Source: a virus
Lineage: Duplodnaviria > Caudoviricetes
IMG/VR virus record: IMGVR_UViG_2887863138_000003
Span: 9,185-73,184 of that record
Reading direction: 5' to 3' (one strand)
Length of the DNA stretch: 64,000 nt
Below, one piece after another: positions 45,906-54,993 of this stretch. The position numbers and the translations under genes were made by a program. Position 1 is the first letter of the stretch. Every line of letters starts with the position of its first letter. The notes under the pieces are model-generated. The model had not been told where the DNA came from and searched no databases. It worked only from the letters and a program-made list of their open reading frames with translations.

Positions 45906-46301
45906 TTAAACCGCCTCCGATAATTGTTTTTTAATAACAGTCGATAACTTGCGCCATTTCTCGTTGATATTGTCCGGCGTCGCCCAATATTCGGACAGCT
46001 CCCGATTTTCAATCAAGTACACTTCGCCGTCGAGCACCCCGATGAGATAATCCGCGTCGTCCCGCGTGTAAACTTCGCCACTATTACGCGATCCACATAC
46101 AACGAGCGCACCGCCCCGGTCCTCCCGTCTACGTACGGTCTTTACTTGAAACGTCTGCCAGTCGCGTGACAACGGGTGCCGCGCTACAATGTCGTACACT
46201 TCGGGGGCTTCGGGATTGGCGATCTCATAGCCGTTAGCAAGGAGCGCTGTTTTCGCCACTAGCTGCGAATGGGCTCCGATATTATTCGAGTAGTTCGCCA
46301 T
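45906..46301 (-). CDS. PD-(D/E)XK endonuclease-like protein
   Basis: YDIV.R...FQVKT, Y..DDADY.IG. Confidence 0.65.
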   Translation of the reverse strand: MANYSNNIGAHSQLVAKTALLANGYEIANPEAPEVYDIVARHPLSRDWQTFQVKTVRRREDRGGALVVCGSRNSGEVYTRDDADYLIGVLDGEVYLIENRELSEYWATPDNINEKWRKLSTVIKKQLSEAV

Positions 46302-46319
46302 CTGGTCGCCTCCTCTCGG

Positions 46320-47075
46320 TTAAAATGGCAAGTACTCGTCGGAAACGGTAATCGGCCCGTCCTCTAATACTGATTGATCTACGTTCTTCGTCGCGTTTTT
46401 GAGAATTTCGCGGATATCGTCCTCGGTGCGGAAGTTCGCGAGTTCTTCGTACTTGATTTCGGTCGAGCCGATAAAGGCACGTGCAGCATCGAGTACCCCT
46501 TCGTCAAGGTCAGCCGATTCCAGCGAGTACGATTTATCCGCCTTGCTGATCGTGACCGCATCGCCTGTCAACGTGTAGTCCGGCTTAAACTTTTTCGCGG
46601 CTTTTTCAAGCTTATCGAAATCAATCATGAGATTGTTAGCGTGGAACTCCTTAAGGTCAAGAACACGCCACGTCTTATATTCGGGATCGTATACCGGCAC
46701 CATGAAGTAAAGTTTGCGTTTGGCTTTCGCCTTGCACGATAAGCAATTAGTTCCGTTTGGCTTCGCGTACTGGTCGAATAGAGTAACGCCTTCGTCTTCG
46801 TTAGCTGGCGCCTTCTTCGGACTGTGCGAGCACGTATGCTTACGGTAGTAGGTTTCGCGTGACGGGTACTTCTCGCCATCCTCATGCGTGTAGTAAAAGT
46901 ACCATTCGGTATACGGCGCGAGGAGGACAAACGTCTTGCCGCCGGTCAGTTCTTGACTGAGCTTAACGTAGCGTGTAACACCTTCCGGCAAGCCTGCGTT
47001 AATGCCTCCGCCGGCTCCTTGTGCTGCCTTGTCGCGAGCCTCTTCACGTTCTTTTAACTTTTCACGGATTCCCAT
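46320..47075 (-). CDS. Single-stranded DNA-binding/recombination protein (gp32-like)
   Basis: KHTC.H...C.SC Zn-type motif, YF.VPVYD, acidic tail ending LPF; AAAGGAG RBS before MGIREK. Confidence 0.65.
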   Translation of the reverse strand: MGIREKLKEREEARDKAAQGAGGGINAGLPEGVTRYVKLSQELTGGKTFVLLAPYTEWYFYYTHEDGEKYPSRETYYRKHTCSHSPKKAPANEDEGVTLFDQYAKPNGTNCLSCKAKAKRKLYFMVPVYDPEYKTWRVLDLKEFHANNLMIDFDKLEKAAKKFKPDYTLTGDAVTISKADKSYSLESADLDEGVLDAARAFIGSTEIKYEELANFRTEDDIREILKNATKNVDQSVLEDGPITVSDEYLPF

Positions 47076-47094
47076 GCACATCGCTCCTTTAACG

Positions 47095-47510
47095 TTATGA
47101 TCGGTGGATTGCTTCGAATTGGTCTCGTAGTTCCTCGCCACTTGAAACATCGGAGGCGTAGTAACGTAGCGCGTTGATCAACTTACCCATCGTGTGTTCC
47201 GTTAGCTGAATCGTGTATGTCTTCTCAACGGCTGGTGTCGTGGAGATTAGCGTGATTGGTGTGTTGTGTGCGGGGTCTGTCAAAGGCTCTAGCACGACGT
47301 AATTCTGAAGAGAAGTATACCGACGTCACCTATGTCATCGTAAAACGTCGCATCACCGTCTAAGTCAAAGCCCACTAGCGCGTAAACCTTATCCTTAGTT
47401 AAATCAACCGTTGGTTCTGTAATCTGGATGAGCCTATCGCCCATTAACGCCTCACGTTCAACCTTACGATACAACTTACTTTCGTGAGTAATCGTCTCCA
47501 TTATCAACAC
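47095..47510 (-). pseudogene. Frameshifted gene with the YRKVEREA...YVVLEP module
   Basis: ORF 47289..47510 joins ORF 47095..47295 if one base is restored near 47325 (DDIGD-RRYTSLQNYVVLEPL). Confidence 0.55.
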
Positions 47511-47679
47511 TCCTCGTCATCATTTCGGACACCGGTAGTCCCGCGTCCGCGAGACGGCATGAACGGTCGTCTACTAGAGTAGCTTGCGCTTTGCCCCCAC
47601 AGGTTTACGACAGGCATACGGGGCGCCTCGCCTTCTTCGTCCACACCGCCTTGCCGACGCGGGAGGTCGGCTGCTTCTC

Positions 47680-48204
47680 TTACGCGCTATACACCGCAAG
47701 GGACTTCGCTACGTTTTTCTTTTCTAGCCGCAAAGCCCGCAATTCCGCGTTTAATTGCGTGATGTGCAAATCAATACCGTTGATAAGCGCTTGGCACGCG
47801 TTTATGGTCGCCACACTCCGGGCTCGTTCACGTTTTAAGACAATGCGCGACCTCTCAACCGTCATTTCCGCAATTGTGATGCGGGTCTTTCTGCTCAACG
47901 ATGACTCCTTTCGTTCGAGCTTCCGTAACTCTTTGGTAAGATAAATACATACTTTATCACGGACATCTGGCGTCGGTTTAGTGTATTGCATGACCGTGAC
48001 TACGAGGTCAGATGACTCGTGAAGGATGATTCCGATTTGACCACGGGCGTACAATCGGCCCGGCTTGCCGTACTTATCTATCGTTGTGCTTATGAACATT
48101 GCTCGCGACAGTTGATTCCGAATCCATTCGGCAGCTTTCGTTTGACTTACGTTGAATCGTTCGACTGCGCGTTTGATCGCGTGAGATGAAACGGTGAGAT
48201 TCAT
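47680..48204 (-). CDS. Hypothetical protein
   Basis: 174 aa; VS.HA.KRA.ERF N-terminus, coiled-coil C-terminus. Confidence 0.7.
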   Translation of the reverse strand: MNLTVSSHAIKRAVERFNVSQTKAAEWIRNQLSRAMFISTTIDKYGKPGRLYARGQIGIILHESSDLVVTVMQYTKPTPDVRDKVCIYLTKELRKLERKESSLSRKTRITIAEMTVERSRIVLKRERARSVATINACQALINGIDLHITQLNAELRALRLEKKNVAKSLAVYSA

Positions 48205-48341
48205 CCGAGCCGCACCGCCTTTCCGAGCAAGGTGGATGAGGCGGGTAAGGTAATCGGAATATAGTCCGCAGGATCATCATAGGGCGGGAAACCTCCGTTG
48301 TAGATATATTCGATATTTTCGGATTGCTTACGTTTAGGCAT
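48201..48341 (-). CDS. Small hypothetical protein
   Basis: GGAG RBS before MPKRKQ; stop overlaps the next start. Confidence 0.45.
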   Translation of the reverse strand: MPKRKQSENIEYIYNGGFPPYDDPADYIPITLPASSTLLGKAVRLG

Positions 48342-48536
48342 CGGGATCATCTCCGTTTCAAGAGTAATTATTTCGCTATGTTTAACAGAACGTTCTGTAT
48401 AATGACAATTAAAGATGGTTAAGATTTTGTAAGGACCACTTGTTATAATTGAGAACAACTTAGAAGTACTCTATAATGACAATAAGAAAGAGATACGACG
48501 CGCATATGCTCGTTCGTAATAATTTCTTAGGTTTTG

Positions 48537-49130
48537 TTAGACAATCCGTGGTAGGGTAGTTTGACAAAAAGACCTAAATCGTGTGATGGAACGTCTATGT
48601 GAATCGGGCTTACCTCCAAAGAGTTGCGCCAACAACTCCGAAAGAGCCGAATCATTATAGAAACCATCAGACCAAGCGAGTAGGATCGCTTTCTTTCTCG
48701 AATCGCCCTTCGCCAAAAGGGCGATTTTTTCATTTATTGATTCTCTAATAATCATTTCTTGCTCTGTCTCTCTAAAGGTATCTGCTAACGTACCGATTAT
48801 CGTATTACCTTCGTCGTCAATTTCTATTTCTAGTGGGATGTTATCGGTTCTGCTGTATTTCCTTCTCTTTATAAATTTTCTAAAACATCTTTCTAAATTA
48901 AATCTTGCTAACCTGCTAAAGGACCCTTTTTCTACATTGAAGTCTTTTATTGTCTCATCTAAGGCGTCTATCAACTCCTTTGTTAAGGAAGCCTCATTCT
49001 GTACCTTATACCAGTTCCTATTAACGTAGTCGTTTATTATAGGAATGAAATCCTTATAAACTAACTCTTTGGATTTCTCGCAGCCTCTTTGGGCGGCTAT
49101 TGCGATTATTTCTATTTGGTTGTGGTTCAA
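48537..49130 (-). CDS. Sigma-70-like (ECF-type) phage transcription factor
   Basis: Region-2-like AQRG...KELVY.DF.P.I, F..EKGSF; C-terminal helix bundle. Confidence 0.6.
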   Translation of the reverse strand: MNHNQIEIIAIAAQRGCEKSKELVYKDFIPIINDYVNRNWYKVQNEASLTKELIDALDETIKDFNVEKGSFSRLARFNLERCFRKFIKRRKYSRTDNIPLEIEIDDEGNTIIGTLADTFRETEQEMIIRESINEKIALLAKGDSRKKAILLAWSDGFYNDSALSELLAQLFGGKPDSHRRSITRFRSFCQTTLPRIV

Positions 49131-49162
49131 ATTCTACGCCTCCGTTTTAATTAATTTTCCCT

Positions 49163-49204
49163 TATACTACTAATAGGGGAACGCTTGGTTTAAAATTGGG
49201 ACAT
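49163..49204 (-). promoter_or_regulatory. Phage-specific bipartite promoter/operator motif, copy 1
   Basis: Plus strand TACT..TAATAGGG...AAATTGGGAC; same motif and 22-bp offset at 61985 and 62142. Confidence 0.65.
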
Positions 49205-49246
49205 CTTTCTAAGAAAAATTTAAAAAGTCGTAATCAGAGGTGCCAT

Positions 49247-49504
49247 ATGACCTTTAAAGTCGGAAGGTGCCGCTTGTTTGAACGGTTGAAAATCGCTGAT
49301 ATGACGCAGGCTGATCTCGCAGAAAAAATCCAGATGAAGCGCCAGCAGCTATCTGACTACGCGAATAACCGAAATGTCATGTCGCTGTCTAATGCGAGGT
49401 CTATTGCGCACGCCCTAGGCTGTCATATCGACGATCTGTACGAGTGGATCGAGATACCTCCCTCGGAGCGAAACCGTAACAACAATCGGAGCCGAGAAGA
49501 GTAG
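49247..49504 (+). CDS. XRE-family HTH repressor
   Basis: MTQADLAEKIQMKRQQLSDYANNR.VMSL.NA.SIA.ALGC.IDDLYEW. Confidence 0.9.
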   Translation: MTFKVGRCRLFERLKIADMTQADLAEKIQMKRQQLSDYANNRNVMSLSNARSIAHALGCHIDDLYEWIEIPPSERNRNNNRSREE

Positions 49505-49531
49505 CGGAAGTCTCCGCTCTCTCACCGACTT

Positions 49532-49553
49532 TTGTACCGAAACTTCGGTACAA
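49532..49553. promoter_or_regulatory. Perfect 10-bp palindrome (candidate operator)
   Basis: TTGTACCGAA-AC-TTCGGTACAA between the XRE gene and the propeptide terminator. Confidence 0.55.
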
Positions 49554-49700
49554 TCTTTTTTAGTGGTTGCCCAACTAGCTGGCTCCTATTGTTTTCTTGT
49601 TTTTATTGTATACCCGGTAAAGGCTAATTCTGCTACTAGGTTTATAATTTTGATTTTTCTCGCTTTTTGTCGAATTTAGGCGAAACAAAGGGAAAAACAC

Positions 49701-49733
49701 AAAAAAAAAAAGACACCCTCTACAGGTGTCTTA
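49701..49733 (-). terminator. Terminator after the propeptide gene
   Basis: Minus strand AAGACACC-TGTAGAG-GGTGTCTT followed by a long T-run. Confidence 0.8.
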
Positions 49734-49748
49734 AATAGGTTAGTAATA

Positions 49749-49892
49749 CTACCAACCTCCTCCAACTATTCTGGAAGTTACATATGCGACGCTCTCTTCT
49801 GATCCATTATCATAAGTAAACTGTTCTGCCTGTGTTGGCTGAGTAAATAAAACGGAGACAATTGCTACTAAAGTAACCATAAATGCTTTCAT
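49749..49892 (-). CDS. Secreted signalling propeptide (AimP/Phr-like), 47 aa (not in ORF track)
   Basis: MKAFMVTLVAIVSVLFTQPTQA-EQFTYDNGSEESVAYVTSRIVGGGW; ATG 1 nt after the receptor stop. Confidence 0.85.
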   Translation of the reverse strand: MKAFMVTLVAIVSVLFTQPTQAEQFTYDNGSEESVAYVTSRIVGGGW

Positions 49893-49893
49893 T

Positions 49894-51219
49894 CTAATTC
49901 GCCCCTTTTAAAATATTCAAATATCTATGTTCAACGTCCTCTCCTAAAATAGCCTTATGTTCGAAGAGGATCGCGGACATTTTTTGATATACGGAAATAT
50001 CTCTGAACTCTAGTGCTGTCTTAATGACCTCAAGAACATCGTTGAATGCTTCTTTATACTGCTCCATAGCTAGATAATACTGTAATCTAACAACTTGAAA
50101 ATTATAAAACTGACTCTTATTGTACTTATCCTTCTTTAATGCGACTGACTCAAAGATTGTGTTATATTTCTCTAAAAAAACACCAATTCTCTCTAGCTGT
50201 CCGTTTGAAAGTAATATCTTCAGCGCGTATGGAGCTACCGTAATAATTTCATGTTCGCGATTCTTATCTACAACCAGTCGGATAAACTCACTTACCGCTT
50301 CTAGCTTACCTTCCATTACTTCGATTAACTTTTCATTCGACAACGCCGCCCAACGGTAATAATCACCTAGGTTGTGGCATTCCCGGAGAAGTTCTGCCGC
50401 CTTTCTGAGTTCACCCATTCCTATTAAACTTGCTGCTTGGTAAAGAAGCGACTCCCCTAGATGTTTAATATCTTTGGCGTCCTTTGCCTCTTTGTAGTAC
50501 GCATCTGCTACAACAGAAAGTTCCTCCCACTCTTTGGTAACATTATACCAAGTAACGACACGATAGTATCCATCTAACTGTAGATTTACTGTTTCTGCAA
50601 CACCATTTTTTTGAATGGGATATTCTGTCGGCAGATCGTTCAATACTGCTCGTAATTTATGTAATGCTTCTACACCCTTCTTACGCATATCTCGATCGCG
50701 TTCAATCAAGAAAATTCGATGGCAGCAAATCGCATACCTTTCTGATATTTTCTTTTCGATGTTTGTAATTGCGTAATACACAGACGCGGCCTCTGCTAGA
50801 AAGCCGTAACCGAAAAGTGCCTCTGCCAAAGTTAAGGCGGTGGACATATCCTTTATATCTATTGTTTCCAAGAATAACTCGACTACTTTACTGCAATGAC
50901 TGACACCTTGCTTACAGTGAGAGCATGCCTTAATAAAGTCTGTTACTTTGGGAAGAGAAACTTTGGACGAGTCCTTGAAAAGCTCTCCATAAATCATTCC
51001 ATAAAAAAAATCGTCGTCTAGTCTGAACACGTGTGTCAATAAATCTACCTGGTCCATCGTAATCGCTTGCTTGTTCTTCATAATATAAGAAAGCGATTGG
51101 GGAGAGATATACAACAATTTAGCTAGGTCTCTTTGACTAAGATTATGTGAATGCATTTGGATTAGTATTTCTTCCCTTAATTTAAGACGATAATAAGTCA
51201 AGTCACTGGTGTCGATCAT
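49894..51219 (-). CDS. RRNPP-family HTH-TPR receptor (AimR-like)
   Basis: N-terminal XRE HTH (LSQRDLAKLLYISPQSLSYI) plus about 370 aa of helical repeats; followed by a propeptide gene. Confidence 0.8.
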   Translation of the reverse strand: MIDTSDLTYYRLKLREEILIQMHSHNLSQRDLAKLLYISPQSLSYIMKNKQAITMDQVDLLTHVFRLDDDFFYGMIYGELFKDSSKVSLPKVTDFIKACSHCKQGVSHCSKVVELFLETIDIKDMSTALTLAEALFGYGFLAEAASVYYAITNIEKKISERYAICCHRIFLIERDRDMRKKGVEALHKLRAVLNDLPTEYPIQKNGVAETVNLQLDGYYRVVTWYNVTKEWEELSVVADAYYKEAKDAKDIKHLGESLLYQAASLIGMGELRKAAELLRECHNLGDYYRWAALSNEKLIEVMEGKLEAVSEFIRLVVDKNREHEIITVAPYALKILLSNGQLERIGVFLEKYNTIFESVALKKDKYNKSQFYNFQVVRLQYYLAMEQYKEAFNDVLEVIKTALEFRDISVYQKMSAILFEHKAILGEDVEHRYLNILKGAN

Positions 51220-51270
51220 TGGTTATCACCTGCCATCAATTATTCGAAATAGTATAATCAAAGTATAATT

Positions 51271-51321
51271 CACATTATGTGTATTGTCAACACATTATGT
51301 GAATTGAAAATACATTATGTG
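51271..51321. promoter_or_regulatory. Three palindromic operators CACAT-T-ATGTG, 20-bp period
   Basis: 51271, 51291, 51311 (third TACATTATGTG) between divergent receptor and XRE genes. Confidence 0.8.
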
Positions 51322-51383
51322 ATGTATTATATTTAAATATGTGTTATGATGAATATAAATTTAGTAAAGGAGAGATATTCCAG

Positions 51384-51602
51384 ATGAAGAAGGAAATTGA
51401 ACTACAAGGAAATACATTTAAAGAGTGCTTAGATATTATGAAAGCAGAGAAGAAAATAAAAACTTATAAGGAACTAGCCGAGTTGTCAGGCGTGAAGGAA
51501 ACCACTCTCAGCATGCGCCTTACACGAGGAAATATGAACCTAAGTGACGTTGTTACCCTACTTGAAGCTCTTGATTATGAAATCATATTTCGTAAAAAAT
51601 AA
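51384..51602 (+). CDS. XRE/Cro-like HTH regulator
   Basis: TYKELAELSGVKETTLSMRL.RG....SDV..LL.ALDYEI; AAAGGAG RBS. Confidence 0.85.
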   Translation: MKKEIELQGNTFKECLDIMKAEKKIKTYKELAELSGVKETTLSMRLTRGNMNLSDVVTLLEALDYEIIFRKK

Positions 51603-52588
51603 TTACTACCTTTACAAAAATTTATCTTAATAAAACTTTTTTTATCTGTAAACACATTTTTTAACACATATTTTAGTTCCGCACTATTTTTTATTTCGTT
51701 TGGGTCCTTGTAACGGAACGGATACCCTACGACGTTAACCGTCATGTATCCCGACAGCCCTCCGACGACCGCCCGTTTCATCTTCTGACCAGCCTCGTCG
51801 TGATCCGCCATAACCCCGATAATCTCTATCGGGCTCTTCCGCAAAGCCTCCGCCTTCTCTTCCCTGATCACCGAACCACCTAATGCTACCGCCGGCACTC
51901 CCGCACTCCACAAATACATTGCGTCAATCTCGGATTCCACAAGCACCGCTTTTGTAATCCTCTGCTTATAAACGATGTCCAGCCCGTACACCATTTCGCG
52001 TATAGGCCGTCTTCCCTTTGCGTACCAAAACGTTTTTTCGTTAACTTTCCGATATTTAACGTTTCCCAGCGTTCCATCCGCGTTAAACCAAGGAATGGTA
52101 ATCGCGTTAGTCCTCGGATCATAGCCCGTTCGGAACAGTTGTTGTATTTCTTCGGTTATACCTCGCGAAGCTAAATACGGGTGATCCCTGCCTAGGTACT
52201 GTTCGTAAAAACCGGCGCCTGATGTATGGACTCGCGGCTGGTCTATACGTAATCGCCCCGACAAGTCCAGCGTAAGCGCCTCGGGATCAACCGTTCCCTC
52301 CCCGTACTTCCATCGCAAGTAATCCTGCGTCTCCTCTTCCGTTTCCTCCCGTAGAAACGCGGGCAACTTTACGATCCCGCCGCGCTGGTAATCCGGGTCC
52401 TTGGCGCCCATATCCGACCAATAGCCGGCTTTTGCTATGTTACGTGGGTCGTTGTTGTCACGTAGCCATACGTAGAATGACGGAGACCGATCCCAACGGA
52501 AGGGGCTGGCCGCAAGTAGCTTGTCATCCGTCCACGTTGCGTCCGTCCACGAAAACTGCTCGAGCTCAGCCTGAATATCTATCTCCAT
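51575..52588 (-). CDS. DnaG-like primase (TOPRIM)
   Basis: YLASRGI, P.TNAITIPW, KYRK, VLVESEID, DHDEAG, YKDPNE; AAGGAGG RBS before MEIDIQ. Confidence 0.9.
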   Translation of the reverse strand: MEIDIQAELEQFSWTDATWTDDKLLAASPFRWDRSPSFYVWLRDNNDPRNIAKAGYWSDMGAKDPDYQRGGIVKLPAFLREETEEETQDYLRWKYGEGTVDPEALTLDLSGRLRIDQPRVHTSGAGFYEQYLGRDHPYLASRGITEEIQQLFRTGYDPRTNAITIPWFNADGTLGNVKYRKVNEKTFWYAKGRRPIREMVYGLDIVYKQRITKAVLVESEIDAMYLWSAGVPAVALGGSVIREEKAEALRKSPIEIIGVMADHDEAGQKMKRAVVGGLSGYMTVNVVGYPFRYKDPNEIKNSAELKYVLKNVFTDKKSFIKINFCKGSNYFLRNMIS

Positions 52589-52601
52589 TTGTACGTCCTC
52601 C

Positions 52602-53948
52602 TTAAAACGGCATCTTAAATTGATCTGCGGCCGCCTCTCCGCTTGGTAACTCACGTACAAGCCCATAGTTCGGCATGTAAACGACTTCTAACGTGACACC
52701 TTCGCCTCCATTACGCCCTTTGTTTAGCTGTATAATCCCGATTCCATCCAACGTATCTATCCCGATAGTTAGTGCCGAATCTTGGAGGAACGACTTACTC
52801 TTCATTAGTTCAGCGCGTGTGGGCGGTCTAAGCTCTCGATTGCCCTCATCGTCTCTGTCGTCACGGACCTCTTCCGCCTGTGTAATGCCATGAATAACAC
52901 ACTGATACCGACCTGCCAACGCCCTGATTTTGTTCGAAGTCTCGGTCGCGTCTCCTCCGGTTGTCTTAGATCGGTTCGCCTCGTAGGTCATATAATAGTA
53001 CGGGTCAATAACAACCACGTCCGCCTTTGTTGCCACGATGTCAGCTTCTAGGTCGCGAACTCTACGGGATGAGAAGTCGATATCGTCTACCGCACGAACA
53101 ACGATGGTGCCCGGTATAATTTCGTTGATCTCCGTTAAAAATTGTTCGAACCCCTGTTCAAACTCTTCCGTTAATTTCCCATTAAGCAGCGCTCTGTTTT
53201 CGAATCCTACCTCGTAATCCACACCGCCAATGTTTGCGTTGACAGCTCCTTGGCGCGCTGAGATAGACGAATAGGCGCGGGCCATCCATTCAAATCGAGA
53301 CATTTCCATCGCCCATACGAGTACGTTTGCGCCCTGAGCCGCAGCTTCTATCGCTTCTTCCATCGTAAATATTGACTTGCCTCGGCCACTCCGCCCGTAC
53401 CACGTATAAACATTGCCGGAAAGGTAGCCGCCTATCTCTTTATTAATCGTAGGGAATTTCGACTTCCATATCTTAAACGACGTTCCTTCCTTACGTTTTC
53501 GATATTCGTCTAAGAACGTTACCGTATCACGTTTAATATCCGTTCCTACCTTTGATCGCGTAGCCGTTTCCGACCTGATCTGCTCTGTTTGCTCGATGAG
53601 CCACGTGGCAAACTCTTCCGTCGATAGTTCCGTAAACTTATCGCCGACGTCCCGTCCGGTTAAGAACGAATGTAGCCGTAATTTGCCCGCATCGTTCCTC
53701 ATTTTACGGGCCATGTATTCGAAGGAGTCGCCCACTTCCGGCATGTACGTAAAGCCCGCACACTCAGCGACTACAGTTCGATAATCTGGCGCCTGTCCTC
53801 CGTTGCTGTCCGCGTAGTCCTTAATGAATCGGTAGGCCTTCCGTTCAGCTTCCGTGGGGAAATGCTCGGCCCGAATATCGTATCGAAGAAATGCTCCCGT
53901 ATCGTTTGTGTCAATCACTTTCGATAGAAATGATTCACCGTATGCCAA
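52602..53948 (-). CDS. DnaB-like replicative helicase
   Basis: Walker A GRSGRGKS, WAMEM, VVIDPYY, ITQA, IQLNKGRNG. Confidence 0.9.
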   Translation of the reverse strand: MAYGESFLSKVIDTNDTGAFLRYDIRAEHFPTEAERKAYRFIKDYADSNGGQAPDYRTVVAECAGFTYMPEVGDSFEYMARKMRNDAGKLRLHSFLTGRDVGDKFTELSTEEFATWLIEQTEQIRSETATRSKVGTDIKRDTVTFLDEYRKRKEGTSFKIWKSKFPTINKEIGGYLSGNVYTWYGRSGRGKSIFTMEEAIEAAAQGANVLVWAMEMSRFEWMARAYSSISARQGAVNANIGGVDYEVGFENRALLNGKLTEEFEQGFEQFLTEINEIIPGTIVVRAVDDIDFSSRRVRDLEADIVATKADVVVIDPYYYMTYEANRSKTTGGDATETSNKIRALAGRYQCVIHGITQAEEVRDDRDDEGNRELRPPTRAELMKSKSFLQDSALTIGIDTLDGIGIIQLNKGRNGGEGVTLEVVYMPNYGLVRELPSGEAAADQFKMPF

Positions 53949-53967
53949 AACCGCTCACCTCCGCTAG

Positions 53968-54768
53968 TCACGAAATGTCTACCGATTTATTACCAAAATA
54001 ATGACTTATTTGAGCTACGGTCATGCCGTTGATATGGCGGGCACCGCCATTCCTTTCTAGCAGTTTGTCAATGTAATCTAGCCCCTTAGCCGTAACATAA
54101 GTAATGGGAACGTTAAATAGGCTACTGTTTCCGAACGTCCGTTGCTTTACCACGAAGTAGCCCTCGTTAACATACATCTGGTAGGGCTCGTTTTTGTGAT
54201 TTAGAAGTCTAAGGGCACGCAAAAATGCATATAGTTTCTTTTCACCAATGCCCAGTGATTTACCTGATTCCCGCATGAGTTGGTAGTTTTTCGCGTCGAT
54301 AAATCTGTCATGAGCCTGTACTTTTGGTTGCTGTAAAAGTAGTTGTTCTTCTGCGTAGGCTCTAGCTTCTTGTTCTTCTTTTAATCTAGTTGCCAACCCT
54401 ATGATGAAATCTGGATTACTCAACGTTTTTTCAATCGTCTCCGAAGTCATATAAGCACCGTGTTTACGGATTGAAGGGATAACCTCATGAGTAATCCATC
54501 GTTTGAACGACTTTGCTTCGGACTTACGACTTCCTAGAATTAAAGCATAAAGACCAGCTTCATTTACAATAGTCATATTGGGGTTTCTGCTTAAACTATC
54601 CGTTAAACGGATAGTTTGTTTTTCATCCTCATCCAATCTCCCGACAGCATTACCTTGATTTGTTATTCCCAACACTTCACATACATCCTTGGCTACAAAC
54701 CACGGTTCCCCGTCTTGTATAACTAAGCGAACCTGATGATTTTGGTAATTAAAAATATTTTTATACAT
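53968..54768 (-). CDS. BRO-N/ANT-C phage antirepressor
   Basis: EPWFVAKDVC.VL, IVNE.GLY.LILGSRK.EAK.FKRWIT.EV.PSIRK, QQPKV. Confidence 0.9.
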   Translation of the reverse strand: MYKNIFNYQNHQVRLVIQDGEPWFVAKDVCEVLGITNQGNAVGRLDEDEKQTIRLTDSLSRNPNMTIVNEAGLYALILGSRKSEAKSFKRWITHEVIPSIRKHGAYMTSETIEKTLSNPDFIIGLATRLKEEQEARAYAEEQLLLQQPKVQAHDRFIDAKNYQLMRESGKSLGIGEKKLYAFLRALRLLNHKNEPYQMYVNEGYFVVKQRTFGNSSLFNVPITYVTAKGLDYIDKLLERNGGARHINGMTVAQISHYFGNKSVDIS

Positions 54769-54880
54769 ACGTCTTCCTCCTACCTTTACACTATTTGTTC
54801 AACTCTCCTTTTCTTTATACCACGATATTTTTGTACACTCGTTTTTTCAGTGATAGCAGATGTAAATAAAAGTAATTTCC

Positions 54881-54928
54881 TTTGTGATCTATTACTAACT
54901 TTTGTGATATAGTGTGATTATTTGTGAT
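54881..54928 (+). repeat. TTTGTGAT direct repeats with 10/20-bp phasing upstream of the antirepressor
   Basis: TTTGTGAT at 54881, 54901, 54921 and AGTGTGAT at 54911. Confidence 0.6.
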
Positions 54929-54993
54929 TAATTTCAGATTATTTTTTCAAACAAAATGCTTGACAGATTTTTATTTAGGTATATTAAACATAT

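Noticed and set aside
48385-48400. AGAACGTTCT palindrome as an SOS box
   Set aside because: GAAC and GTTC abut with no 4-nt spacer, so it does not fit the LexA consensus.
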